Assembly: GCA_938091905.1 (NCBI GenBank)
Contig: CALKOM010000014.1
Span: forward strand, 1 to 64,000
DNA length: 64,000 nucleotides
Direction of reading: 5' to 3'
Source: an uncultured Verrucomicrobiales bacterium
GTDB lineage: Bacteria > Verrucomicrobiota > Verrucomicrobiia > Verrucomicrobiales > DEV007
The notes beneath the pieces were generated by a model. That model saw nothing but the letters and a program-made list of their open reading frames with translations. It was not told the DNA's origin and did no database searches. Both the position numbers and the translations under genes were made by a program. Below are positions 40,251 to 50,732 of the stretch, piece by piece (position 1 is the first letter of the stretch; every line of letters starts with the position of its first letter).

Positions 40251-42710
40251 CTACTCGACGTCAATGATACTGCTAGGGCTAGAGGGACCGTTTATAAGAG
40301 TGCCCTGAGCATCAATGATCGAAACGGTGACAAAGATGACCACAGCGCGTGTCTTTGTTCTACCAACGTCACCTCGGAAGAGACGCCCCACGAAGGGAAG
40401 GTCACCCACGATGGGAACTTTATCTGCAATGGTGTCGCGGCGTTCCTCCGAAAGGCCACCGATGACCAGAGTGGAGCCGTCGTATACCGACGCGTTCACT
40501 TGGTTTCGAATACTACTGAAGACCGGCAGTAGAATCTGATTATCCGTGACCAGCACATTGGTAGGGTTACCTAACGCATCCGTTCCCGCAGCCGTGATGG
40601 GTGAGCCATAGTTCACAAAGCCAATGAACTCGACAAACTCGGGGCTCAATGCCAGATCGACCATCTGACCGTCCGGACTAATCGCAGGCTCCACTTCAAG
40701 CGTGAATCCAAGAGGGCGCATTTCAAAAGTCGTCGGGTGAGCTGGCGTCACCGGGAAGATGCCCGCATCGACACCTACACTCACCTCTTGTGGCAGCTCT
40801 GGTGGATCAAATTCCACTGGATAGATCAATTCTAGACCGGACTCAATTCGAGCACGGTTGCCAGGTTTCACCGTGACCGTTGGCGACGTAACAATGTCAG
40901 AGTTCGTATGCTGATTCAGCCCCCGCATCACCACTTGAAACTGTGGGTCGGTCATTTGACCAAATGCGGAGAAGATTCCTGATGCTAGGTTTGTAGAAAG
41001 CGCCGTTTCCCGATCGACCCCAATAATCTGCTCTAAGGCATCCACACCGATCGCGCTGGGACCACTGCGAATGCCACTAGTGACTCGATCGCCACCTAAG
41101 ACCTGTCCAGTGATCGGATCAGTAAAAGCAAAGTCGGAGTTTGGATTGGTCGCGTTGGGCAGCACTCCCGTTGTCTCGACAGCTGGAACGGTAGAACCAC
41201 CGCCACCGAGCACTTGGTTGCCACTCTGAAGTCTAAAAGGTCCGACGAGCCAATCGAATCCTAACTCTTCAAGATTCTCCTGTCGGACATCCATCGTCGT
41301 GACCTTGATCACGATCTGACGTTGCGGACCACCGGATGCAGACGAAACCAAATTCTCAATTAAATCGAGATTAGAAAGCGTGTTGCGAACCGTTAGCTTA
41401 TTCGACAAAGGCAAATACTGAGCATTCGCCCCCTCCGGGAAAGACACGCCATTCTGCTCCAGAAACGCCGTCTCTGAAACCACATTGACCTGAGCCGAAT
41501 CACCAAACGGATCATCACTAGCACCACCACCATCGGAAGTGAAGAAATCCGGCCGCACCGTGAAAGAACGCGAAATCATCGTCGTGTCCTGCTCGTCCTG
41601 CGGGACGATCTCGACCGCAAATTGATCAATGCGGAATTTCGCCCCCACAAACTCGGTCACATACTGCACGAGTACTAGCAATGGCACCGTCTTCATGGTC
41701 ATCGTGATGGGACGGGCCCGATCAATTCCTGCCGCCGACGAGAGCACGAAATTCACTCCGGCGCCGGAAGGATCATTGACCTTACTGAGTTGCTCAAGGT
41801 AACGAACGACTGGCTCAATCGTCATTCCTTGTAGATTCACTTCAGGTATCGTGATCGATGCGAGCTTTCGCGCGATACTCTCAGAGAGAGGAGCATCTTG
41901 CAACGATCCCAGCTCAGGAGTCTCCTTTGGCCGCATCGCGCTTTCCCCATTGCTAGGGTCGGTATACTCCCACTTGGCAGCCAAATCATCGAGCAACTTA
42001 GCGCGAGCTTGGTCATACGCTGCATCACGATAGTTGCGAGACATGTGAGAGGCCTTGATCAATCCCTCACGAGCCGCCGTGTTCGTCTCGTCCGTATTGA
42101 GAACTTCCGCGAACTTAGTCGTCGCCTCGTCAAACTCGCCCATTTCCAGCAATGAGTGGCCCTCCCCAAGGGCACGAGTCACATCATCCACCTTTCTCAT
42201 GTGAGCAGCAGTCTTTCCAGGTGGCACCCACTCAGGATCAGCCAAGCGATTCTGCATCTCCTTCGCACCTTCATGATCGGGCACGCGCTGCACATCCAGC
42301 ACTTCGTCAATAATCAACCGCGCCTCCTTCTGACGGTGCATGTCGACCAACTTTTCAGCATAAGCGACCGTGGCATCACCATAGCGTTGTTTGGCCGTCA
42401 CCCGAAATGGATCGCCACTATCACCGACAGGAACGAGCTCGAAGGCCTTCCGAAAATTCGTAAATGCCCGGGCCAAATCACCTTCTTCAAGGTAGTTGTC
42501 CCCCTCGGAGAGGTAGTGATTCACCTGTAGAAGCGACATCTCGCGTTTCCCAATGTCTCCAGCCACGGCATTCTCGAAATCTTGGGCAGCGGCACGTTGT
42601 GGCGTTAAAAACATAGCCACGCTTACGGCCAGGCCGCCTCCAAGGATTCCGAGGGGTGACAAAGGGCGACTATTGCTACGAGAATGGGTCGTCATACGGG
42701 CGTAAGTCAT
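40251..42710 (-). CDS. Secretin (Amuc_1098-like type II/type IV pilus outer-membrane pore) with TPR N-terminus
   Basis: LEELGFDW, SPTVT, ELIYPVEFDPPELP, GFTLEVEP, EFIGFVNYGSPI, DGSTLVIGGL, DKVPIVGDLPFVGRLF. Confidence 0.9.
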   Translation of the reverse strand: MTYARMTTHSRSNSRPLSPLGILGGGLAVSVAMFLTPQRAAAQDFENAVAGDIGKREMSLLQVNHYLSEGDNYLEEGDLARAFTNFRKAFELVPVGDSGDPFRVTAKQRYGDATVAYAEKLVDMHRQKEARLIIDEVLDVQRVPDHEGAKEMQNRLADPEWVPPGKTAAHMRKVDDVTRALGEGHSLLEMGEFDEATTKFAEVLNTDETNTAAREGLIKASHMSRNYRDAAYDQARAKLLDDLAAKWEYTDPSNGESAMRPKETPELGSLQDAPLSESIARKLASITIPEVNLQGMTIEPVVRYLEQLSKVNDPSGAGVNFVLSSAAGIDRARPITMTMKTVPLLVLVQYVTEFVGAKFRIDQFAVEIVPQDEQDTTMISRSFTVRPDFFTSDGGGASDDPFGDSAQVNVVSETAFLEQNGVSFPEGANAQYLPLSNKLTVRNTLSNLDLIENLVSSASGGPQRQIVIKVTTMDVRQENLEELGFDWLVGPFRLQSGNQVLGGGGSTVPAVETTGVLPNATNPNSDFAFTDPITGQVLGGDRVTSGIRSGPSAIGVDALEQIIGVDRETALSTNLASGIFSAFGQMTDPQFQVVMRGLNQHTNSDIVTSPTVTVKPGNRARIESGLELIYPVEFDPPELPQEVSVGVDAGIFPVTPAHPTTFEMRPLGFTLEVEPAISPDGQMVDLALSPEFVEFIGFVNYGSPITAAGTDALGNPTNVLVTDNQILLPVFSSIRNQVNASVYDGSTLVIGGLSEERRDTIADKVPIVGDLPFVGRLFRGDVGRTKTRAVVIFVTVSIIDAQGTLINGPSSPSSIIDVE

Positions 42711-42802
42711 GCCAGAATACTCTGGATTGTAACGTCTAAATTTAAAAAATTCACCCCTTTTTGAGAGCCGGATTCGATCAGTGCTCCTGCAAACGAGAAT
42801 AG

Positions 42803-43975
42803 TCAGCGCGTTTCACCGTAGAGACACGCCACCAAGCTAAGTGCCTTCTCCGTGGGAAACACGCTCCGCTCCATCTGGTTCATCACATAAGCAAATCCAA
42901 TTCCCATGCTCGGATCCGCAAAAGCCAAGCTACCTCCTGCCCCAGGATGACCAAAGGCCCGCTTGCTCGGCCCAAAGAGCGCACGAGTCTTGCCACCAGC
43001 CGCATCCACCGGGTCCTTCATGAAGCCCGCTGCGAAGGCCGTTTCTCGGAGAAAGACCTGATCCTGCCCTTGCGCTAACGGCGATTCCATAGCGCGCAGA
43101 CTGGATTGATTAAACAACGCCGTCCCCGCGCATCGTCCACCCTGGGCCAGCATGCCATAAAATGCCGCCAGCCCGCGAGCGGACGCCACTCCGCCAAAGG
43201 CCGGGTAACCTATCCGCCAAACTTTTGGATCATTCAGAGCCCCCACCGAGTCGAGCCCTCGGGGAGACCCAAAGGCCTGCGCCGTGAGCCCATCGCGATC
43301 ACCCAGGGACCTGTAGAAACGAGCCTCCTCGTCGTTCTCAGCCCCAAATCGGCCGGGCACCAACTCTGCCACCCGGTCATCCTCGCTCTCGGGAAGGCCA
43401 ATCCAGGCATCCAGCCCAAGTGGCTCGGCCAGAGCTTCTCGCCAGAACCCGCCCAACGACGCCGCTCCCGTCACCCGCCGGACAATCTCCTCCAGGAGAA
43501 AGCCAAAGGTCCTCACATGATAGCCATGCCCCGTTGTCCAGCGAGGGGCCTCTTCCTCCAACGCCTTGATCACGGCAGCATAATCATCAACGGCAGGAGG
43601 ATGGGACAGGGCAGCGAGCCCCGCCCGGTGACTCAGCACCTCGGCCAACGTGACCTGTTCTTTCACGGCCTGCCCAAATGACTCCCAAATAGCCGCCACA
43701 GGCGTGTCCAACCCGATCCCAGCGTCTTCCAACGCCGCTAAAGTCGTCGCAGCCGCCAACCCTTTCGTACACGACCATACGGGCACCAGCGACTCAGGCG
43801 TCCAGGCACGCGTCCGATTGCGATCCATAAAGCCACCTGCGACGTGCAGCAGTTCCCGCTCCCCTTGCCACACAGAAACGGCCGCCCCCAAGTCTGCTCC
43901 ATTTACAAGATTCGCCTGAAACTGTCGCTCCAAACACTGCAAACGCGCCTCAGATACGGTGGGGAAACTTGCCAT
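42803..43975 (-). CDS. Serine hydrolase, beta-lactamase/esterase family
   Basis: SCTK (SxxK), LSHRAGL, GYH, FGHPGAGGS. Confidence 0.9.
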   Translation of the reverse strand: MASFPTVSEARLQCLERQFQANLVNGADLGAAVSVWQGERELLHVAGGFMDRNRTRAWTPESLVPVWSCTKGLAAATTLAALEDAGIGLDTPVAAIWESFGQAVKEQVTLAEVLSHRAGLAALSHPPAVDDYAAVIKALEEEAPRWTTGHGYHVRTFGFLLEEIVRRVTGAASLGGFWREALAEPLGLDAWIGLPESEDDRVAELVPGRFGAENDEEARFYRSLGDRDGLTAQAFGSPRGLDSVGALNDPKVWRIGYPAFGGVASARGLAAFYGMLAQGGRCAGTALFNQSSLRAMESPLAQGQDQVFLRETAFAAGFMKDPVDAAGGKTRALFGPSKRAFGHPGAGGSLAFADPSMGIGFAYVMNQMERSVFPTEKALSLVACLYGETR

Positions 43976-44071
43976 TATAAAAGTAGTTGCGGCTCAGATT
44001 GATTGCGTCCATGCTCCGCCTCCACCCCTAGAACCCCTCGGGGAAACCGCTATTTATCAACGAATTTCGTC

Positions 44072-44275
44072 ATGCAAGTAAGAGCTTCCGTCAAGAGATT
44101 GAGTGCCGACTGCCAAATCGTGAAGCGTCGCGGTGTCCTCTATGTGATCTGCAAGAAGAACCCACGGTTGAAGCAGAAGCAGAAGTGCAGCCCTCGCAAT
44201 AAGACGAGTATGCGCCGGCAGAACTGGCGCAAACGCCGTTGCGGCGCTCCTTACAAGTCCTGGAAACAGCGTTAA
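44072..44275 (+). CDS. rpmJ: 50S ribosomal protein L36 (zinc-ligand-deficient type) with C-terminal extension
   Basis: [37 protein letters not shown] plus 30 extra residues. Confidence 0.9.
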   Translation: MQVRASVKRLSADCQIVKRRGVLYVICKKNPRLKQKQKCSPRNKTSMRRQNWRKRRCGAPYKSWKQR

Positions 44276-44280
44276 GCTGC

Positions 44281-44302
44281 TGGCTGCGCTTCGACGCAGC
44301 CA
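44281..44302. terminator. Hairpin between convergent rpmJ and phoD-like genes
   Basis: TGGCTGCG-CTTCGA-CGCAGCCA. Confidence 0.55.
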
Positions 44303-44308
44303 TGATTC

Positions 44309-46258
44309 CTATTCTAGCGCTTTCACGTAAAGATTACGCCAAGACACCTCGAACGGGCCTGTCCCGCTCTTGATACCGTGTACTTGGAGCCCAATGAATC
44401 CTGATTGCGAAGATTCAGCATCCGTCACATCGGCGAGGGCGACACTGTTGACCCAAGTCTGAATCCGTTCCCCGTGCGCTCGGATATAATAGTGGTTCCA
44501 CGCGCCATTCTTGAACGGCGACGTCTTCGACCGATCTTGACTTATCCATCCTCGATCGGTGCCTTCCGAATACACATAACCCGCTTGACCCGGCACTACT
44601 GCGATTTCCACTTGGGGTCCATGAACCCTACCATTCTTATAATCAGGAAGACTCTGTGAGCGAATCTGCACACCGGAATTGAGGGCATCATCGACCTTTA
44701 CTTCGAATCTCAGCTCAAAGTCACCGTAGTCTTTCTCTGTACAAAGAAACGAGTTCGGGCTGCCTTCTCTGGTCTTCCCGATAATGGTTCCCTCATGAAC
44801 TCGAAAGGTAGCCGTGCCATTCCTTGGCAGCCAGCCGTCCAGATCCGTTCCATTGAAGAGGGGCGTCCACGTCTGAGGCACCTCGCCACGATCAGTCACG
44901 CCATAGTTCAATTGCGAGAGATCCCATTTGGTTAGGCAAGGCACACCAGCGGCCACATGCACTTCATTGTTCTCATCACGCGTCTCGAAGGTGATCGTTC
45001 CTTTGTTAGCGCCCGCAATATCGACGGTTAGCAACCCATAGTTGTTTCCACGCATGCCCCAAAGCTGGTTGCGATGGTAACGATCCAGAATCGAGACCTT
45101 CTGATCCTGCTGCAATGGCGAACTCGTCGCCTCCACCAAGAGTGTGCCATCGGGCTGAGCCTGCTGCATGGCCTCACTGTGATGGCGATCCCCACTTAGA
45201 AACACCACGCCGCCAATCTTCTCACGCTCCAACGTCTCCGCCAAAGTCTGGAATTCGCCACGCGCCTCCATGTAATGGCCTTCCCCGCGCTCATCCGCAC
45301 AAATCACCTGCGTGCCATTGGCGATCACTTTCACCGTAGCCGTCGATCTCTTCAAACCGTCTAACAACCATGCTAGCTGAGCTTTCCCCCAAATCTCACC
45401 CGTCTCTCGCGTCACCTCCTTGTGCCGGTCCGGAGAAAATTTGTAGTAGCGGTCGTCCAAGAGAAACACCTCCACCGGCCCACACCGATACTTGCTAAAA
45501 ATGCCCGGAGCCTCTGGCAATCCCCACCCCGGGTTGGCCCACATTTGCTTGAAGACGCGAAGCGCTTCCTCCTTCAACGGAAACGTCCGATCCGCATTGT
45601 TCGGCCCATAGTCGTGATCATCCCAAATCCCGTAGTTCGGCACGCTCCGTAACAAGACCTGCAAATCCGGATGTACCCGCGTTAGCAAATGACGCGCTCG
45701 CATCGAACCTGGAAAGTTCCAATCCCCCACAGGCCCCGTCGTCGAGAAATGCTTATCACTACCATCAGCAACGATGAAGTAGGCGTTGTCGCCAAGAAAG
45801 ATCATTGCATGAGGTTCCTCCTTGGCAATCGCTCCATAGATCGGCCCTCTTGGATACTGGGAAATCTTGCTACACGAACCGAACGCCAACTGCACCTTCC
45901 CCGTCGAACTCGGCTTCGGATACGTCCGAAAAATCACGGACAATTTCTCGGACTCATTCCCATCACGAGTCGCTGTTAGAGTCACCTCAGTCTTCGCATC
46001 CGCCAGCAATCCCGAGAACCCCAGCACATGGCAATCCGCACCACGATCCTCCCAATGCGTCACTTTATGAGTCACATCACCTTGCCTCGCCTCCCCCGTT
46101 ACCCGAGTCCCTTTCTTGATCCGGATCCACACACTCCCCGTCGTGTCCGACACGTGCCCCACCATGGGCCCAGCCGGGATCAACGTCGACGGTGCGGCAA
46201 ATCCAGTGGAGACCAAGCCCAACAAGGAAAGCGCAACAACAAATCCGAATCTAATCAT
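44309..46258 (-). CDS. Exported PhoD-like alkaline phosphatase fused to C-terminal DUF1080 (3-keto-disaccharide hydrolase-like) domain
   Basis: AFGSC, FLGDN.Y, IWDDHD, LSGDRH; then LFNGTDLDGW, NSGVQIRS, GPQVEI, WNHY, IGLQVH. Confidence 0.88.
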   Translation of the reverse strand: MIRFGFVVALSLLGLVSTGFAAPSTLIPAGPMVGHVSDTTGSVWIRIKKGTRVTGEARQGDVTHKVTHWEDRGADCHVLGFSGLLADAKTEVTLTATRDGNESEKLSVIFRTYPKPSSTGKVQLAFGSCSKISQYPRGPIYGAIAKEEPHAMIFLGDNAYFIVADGSDKHFSTTGPVGDWNFPGSMRARHLLTRVHPDLQVLLRSVPNYGIWDDHDYGPNNADRTFPLKEEALRVFKQMWANPGWGLPEAPGIFSKYRCGPVEVFLLDDRYYKFSPDRHKEVTRETGEIWGKAQLAWLLDGLKRSTATVKVIANGTQVICADERGEGHYMEARGEFQTLAETLEREKIGGVVFLSGDRHHSEAMQQAQPDGTLLVEATSSPLQQDQKVSILDRYHRNQLWGMRGNNYGLLTVDIAGANKGTITFETRDENNEVHVAAGVPCLTKWDLSQLNYGVTDRGEVPQTWTPLFNGTDLDGWLPRNGTATFRVHEGTIIGKTREGSPNSFLCTEKDYGDFELRFEVKVDDALNSGVQIRSQSLPDYKNGRVHGPQVEIAVVPGQAGYVYSEGTDRGWISQDRSKTSPFKNGAWNHYYIRAHGERIQTWVNSVALADVTDAESSQSGFIGLQVHGIKSGTGPFEVSWRNLYVKALE

Positions 46259-46436
46259 CCAACCATCCTAGGCAAACAGCCACGCACCCGACAACCCCCA
46301 ACCAAACTTTCGAAGAACGTCATCAGAGTCGATCCTACTCCTTGAGGGTGACAAATGTTTGACTCGATCGATCGCGTTTCCCTCGTAGATAGTCTATCTC
46401 CTTTGTAGTTCGTCTACAATTGCAAGAAGCCTGAAA

Positions 46437-47828
46437 ATGAAACCTATAAACACCCCCGAGCACTTTGACTACATCGTAATTGGCGGCGGTAGCGGCGGCT
46501 ATGCAGCTGCCCGAACCGCCCGAGAAGTTCTCGAACGCGTGGCCATCGTTGATGGCAGCGAGCAACTTGGTGGCTTGTGCATCCTTCGCGGGTGCATGCC
46601 TTCTAAGACTCTGATCTATTCGGCCGAAGTACTCCACTTAGCCCAACAGGGAAACTTGTTCGGGCTCAATGTCCCTGAGGCGACACCGGACATGCAGGCT
46701 CTTCACCGGCGCAAGATCGAGGTTATTAAGGAATTCTCCAACTACAGAGAACAACAGCTGACCGGCGAGCGTTTTACGCTCTTTCGTGCAAAGGCGAAGT
46801 TCATCGATGAGCGAACCATAGAGCTGGACAATGGGACGCGACTAACGGCTGACCACTTCATGATTGCAACGGGATCAGTCGTGTCTGTGCCGCCGGTTCC
46901 AGGCCTAACAGAGGCCCCATACTGGACGAGTGATGATGTGCTCGAGTTGGATTTCAAACCTGAGCAAGTCATTGTTCTGGGCGGAGGCATCGTGGCGTGT
47001 GAGTTGACGCAGTTTCTGCGTAGAATCGGCAGCGAGGTCACTCAAATCCAACGCTCCGAGCACATCCTCAAGGAGGAATCACCTGAGGCTTCCAGCGTTG
47101 TCGAACAGCAGTTTCGCAAAGAAGGCATCGCGCTTCATACAGGAACCACACTGAAATCTGTCGACTACGACGGAAGTATGTTCACGGCAACGTTTCTACA
47201 GGATGAAAAGGAGGTCACTGTAAAGGCCGCTCATCTACTCAATGCGCTTGGGCGACGCCCCGCAACAGATGGGCTGGGCCTTGCCGCAGCGGGAATCCAC
47301 ACGTTACCTAGCGGCCACATCGATTGCAACGCCATGCAGCAAACGAGCAACCCTATCATTTACGCTAGCGGCGATGTTGCAGGGCCGCATGAAATTGTAC
47401 ATGTGGCAATCATGCAGGGGGAAACTGCTGCGCGACATGCGACGTCTCGCCAGGCCGAACCGGTCGATTACGGTAGTCTTTGCCGCGTCGTTTTCACAGA
47501 CCCTCAAGTGGCCGCAGTGGGTGCCATTGAGAAGCAGCTCAAGGAGCGCGGCATCGAGTTTCTCTCCGCCAACTACCCTTTTGATGATCATGGGAAATCG
47601 ATCCTCATGGAGGCCAAGTCTGGCTACGTCAAGGTGTTTGCCGACCGTGAGGGAGTGGTGCTCGGGGCGGAATGTGTGGGCAAAGATGCAGGGGAACTCA
47701 TTCATTCGATGGCCGTTGCGGTTCAGCTCAAAGCCAATGTCAGCGACTTGCTGAAAGTGCATTGGTATCATCCCACACTTTCTGAGATCTGGAGCTACCC
47801 ACTGGAGGACATTCACGAGGATGTTTGA
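46437..47828 (+). CDS. Pyridine nucleotide-disulfide oxidoreductase (dihydrolipoyl dehydrogenase/MerA-like family)
   Basis: IGGGSGG, GGLCILRGCMPSK, GGGIVACE, GDV, HPTLSE. Confidence 0.9.
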   Translation: MKPINTPEHFDYIVIGGGSGGYAAARTAREVLERVAIVDGSEQLGGLCILRGCMPSKTLIYSAEVLHLAQQGNLFGLNVPEATPDMQALHRRKIEVIKEFSNYREQQLTGERFTLFRAKAKFIDERTIELDNGTRLTADHFMIATGSVVSVPPVPGLTEAPYWTSDDVLELDFKPEQVIVLGGGIVACELTQFLRRIGSEVTQIQRSEHILKEESPEASSVVEQQFRKEGIALHTGTTLKSVDYDGSMFTATFLQDEKEVTVKAAHLLNALGRRPATDGLGLAAAGIHTLPSGHIDCNAMQQTSNPIIYASGDVAGPHEIVHVAIMQGETAARHATSRQAEPVDYGSLCRVVFTDPQVAAVGAIEKQLKERGIEFLSANYPFDDHGKSILMEAKSGYVKVFADREGVVLGAECVGKDAGELIHSMAVAVQLKANVSDLLKVHWYHPTLSEIWSYPLEDIHEDV

Positions 47829-48064
47829 TAACTTCGCACTACCGTTGTGGCTGGAGAATTGAAAGTAGGCCGGGAACGTTGAGGAATTTGGCGGTGAGGA
47901 TGGGCGGTTACACTTTGCGATGACAGGGAAGTTTATGAGGGACTTATGGGCTCAAGATCGCAAGCGAGTCGCCGGTGGCGTTGGAGGCAGCTAAGGAGCA
48001 AAAGACAGTTGCTCGGCAGAGCACGATGAGATTTCTCAACTAGGAATGATGCTGATAGAAATCG

Positions 48065-49614
48065 TTAGTATGAGTCCCCAACAACGTGACCGACCAAATC
48101 ATCGACCAGGCCAGATCCATCCCAATCCAACGAGGCCAATGTGAATGACTGCTCTCGCCTGCCATAGGCGGGTGGCTTCCCAGGCACATAGCCGTGGGGA
48201 AGGTTCTTCATAAACTCACCCGTGACCAACGTGTCAAGGTCCTCCGAAAAGCCAGCGTGTTTCAGGCGATAGCGCTGCAATGCACACACGACGCGAAGCA
48301 AATCCCATTGTGTTTGAGACTCCGCATATTCCGGCCAAAGTTCGCGATCTGCGTCACGATCAGATTGGCCAAGAAATTGTATGGGGTTAGATCCGCCTTG
48401 GCTATCTCGCTTGAATCTGGCTCGCGTGTCCGGTCAATCAGCTGATTCTGTGAATCGTAAATAGAGAAGATGTTCTTGTCCCAACAATCTATTTTCACCG
48501 CCATATTCTAGCCATGCCATCCACGAGGCATCACATCGGGAAGGTACGCATAGCAGCGATTTCGAAGTCCTCTAAAAACAGCTCTGAACCACTGCCCACA
48601 ACTAGCTTCAGGTCCCCAATCCACCCGTCCCAGACTCCACTGGCCTTGAGTCCACGCTTCCCCATTCATGGCTGCCATTCCAAAGCTAACACCTCCAGCC
48701 AGTTCAGCGTGCATCGCATGATCGAAATGCCCAAGCAAATCAATAGGAGCCATTGCTTCTTGCAGTTTGAGCAACGAGGCATCACTCCAGTTCGAGTGCA
48801 TTAGGAGCCGATGCAGTTCGGTCTGGAGCACTACTTGGCTCATACTCGCCCTGACTAAAGCTCCAACCAACGATCCGCTTTCAAAGCGTGCAATCTCACC
48901 AAATTTGATCACTCTCACTATGTCACGAGCTGCACTGTTAGGGTCCCCATCGTTTAGAAAGGCTTCGGCTCGGGTGAAGAGTAGGACGGCCAGCTTCTTC
49001 GACGTCTCCGTTATGTTGCTGATCTGCGGCACGGGTGCCATGTCCATACTGCTGTAGTCGAGCCGCATCCATTGGCACTCGTCAAATTGCAGCGCGTCAT
49101 GCAGTTCCTCTATTTGCGGCTCAAGATGAAACGTTGCCTGAAGAACACGCTGCGCGGCTCGGTTTGGATCCCCTTCTGGGTCCAAGCGGTCCGCCCAATC
49201 TCTCAGCTCACCGATTCTACCTATCAACAATTCCTGCGGTAATCCCCTGAAGAACGGCTTCACAGCCAACCCAATGTCGACAAAGTAACTGCTTCCTCCT
49301 GGCGTAACAGTGATGGCATCGAAGGGCGGTTAGGCCGCTTGGTTTCTTTCAGGCGGCACCGCTGGCTTCTGATGGAAGTCCCGCCAGTCCCAAGACGTCA
49401 TTTCTTCAGCTAGGCGTGCCTTTGCCAAATTGAGCGCCCGAGTTCCACGATAATTCTCAATCTTCCAAGCAGTGATGCCCAGTGCTGTCAGGATGCAGAT
49501 GCCCCCAATGAGCCCACCAACAGCAGAGGTGCTCGAAAGCCATGCCAAGGCAGGATTCAAAAATCCTCCTTCAAAGTGCATGCTGCACTTTGAATATAAT
49601 CTCCATATTCTCAA
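48065..49614 (-). pseudogene. Decayed membrane-anchored hypothetical protein
   Basis: Four consecutive fragments: in-frame TAA at 49330 and TAG at 48508, and a frameshift near 48300. C-terminal ALQRYRLKHAGF..DLDTLV motif. Confidence 0.7.
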
Positions 49615-49647
49615 TCAACGTTCCTGCTGCCAGTGAAATAATTTCGG

Positions 49648-49674
49648 TGATGCCTGATGATGCCTGATGATGCC
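49648..49674. repeat. Short tandem repeat TGATGCCTGA x2.7
   Basis: TGATGCCTGATGATGCCTGATGATGCC read directly. Confidence 0.8.
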
Positions 49675-49733
49675 ATTCGAAATGAGTTCTCGAAAGGCGG
49701 CGTGAGATCAGATCAGTTGATACTGCGCCATAT

Positions 49734-50732
49734 TCACACGATCGACCGCAATCGTATCCACCGTGTCGCGCCTACCTCATGCAGGTGACCATACAGATCT
49801 TCGTGCACGAGAAGCGGCTCTTCATGCGCCCGGTCCACACCGATTGGATAGACAAGCACTCCTAACTGATCGCCAAGAAACTGGGTCGCATGCACCTGGA
49901 CTTCTAGCGTTCCAGGTGCCTCATTTTCGAGGAGCTCCAATTCACGCGGGCGTATCCACGGACGCCCTTTCCCTACAGCCACTCCAGACCAGGCTTCTGG
50001 CAACGCATTGGCAGGTCCAAAGAGCCTGGCGCAATAGGCATCGTTCGGCGTATGATAGACGTCACGACTAGGTCCATGTTGGACGAGCTGGCCGTCGCGC
50101 AAGATAGCCAAACGATCAGAAATCACTAGCGCATCCTGGGTGTCATGCGTCACGACGAGAGCGGTGGCATTCACTTTGCGAATGATCGCTAGCAACTGAT
50201 CCCGCAAGTAGGTCCGTAAATTCGGATCCAGATTGGAGAACGGCTCATCGAGTAATACCATCTTCGGATTTGGCGCCAATGCCCGCGCCAACGCGATGCG
50301 TTGCCGTTCCCCACCAGAAAGCTCATGCGGATACCTCAACGCAGCCGCTCGCAAGTTTACCATAGCTAACAAATAATGTAAGCGCGCCATCCGCTCCTCT
50401 TTCGAAAGCCCTCGGAGGCCATAAGCAACATTTGCCTCCACCGTCATGTGAGGAAAGAGCGCGCCCTCTTGAAAAACAAGTCCCACTCCACGCTTCTCCG
50501 GTGGCACCCAGGCGCCCCCGCCGGCAACTTTGAGACCACCAATGCGAAGTTCGCCCGTGGTGGGAGATTCCAAACCTGCCACCAGCCGCAATAACGTCGT
50601 CTTACCACTACCACTAGCCCCAACAACACCGAGAATCTCACCTTCTTCGATCTCCAGATCTAAGGCATGCAAGGCGTCCTGCACCGCGCCGTCATAGCGC
50701 TTACTCACGCCCTTCAATTCAAGGCACGTCAT
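49734..50732 (-). CDS. Fe3+ ABC transporter ATP-binding protein (FbpC/FutC-like)
   Basis: GASGSGKT, PPEKRGVGLVFQ, LSGGERQR, LLDEPFSNLD. Confidence 0.92.
   Translation of the reverse strand: MTCLELKGVSKRYDGAVQDALHALDLEIEEGEILGVVGASGSGKTTLLRLVAGLESPTTGELRIGGLKVAGGGAWVPPEKRGVGLVFQEGALFPHMTVEANVAYGLRGLSKEERMARLHYLLAMVNLRAAALRYPHELSGGERQRIALARALAPNPKMVLLDEPFSNLDPNLRTYLRDQLLAIIRKVNATALVVTHDTQDALVISDRLAILRDGQLVQHGPSRDVYHTPNDAYCARLFGPANALPEAWSGVAVGKGRPWIRPRELELLENEAPGTLEVQVHATQFLGDQLGVLVYPIGVDRAHEEPLLVHEDLYGHLHEVGATRWIRLRSIV

Noticed and set aside
42803..43975. Antibiotic-resistance beta-lactamase
   Set aside because: No signal peptide, and the motifs fit the widespread family VIII esterase-like serine hydrolases.
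46437..47828. Mercuric reductase merA
   Set aside because: No C-terminal Cys-Cys pair, no NmerA domain, no mer operon. The C-terminal HPTLSE is of the dihydrolipoyl dehydrogenase type.
47830..48060. Purine-rich intergenic stretch as an IS remnant or ncRNA
   Set aside because: No terminal inverted repeats, transposase motif or convincing structure found.
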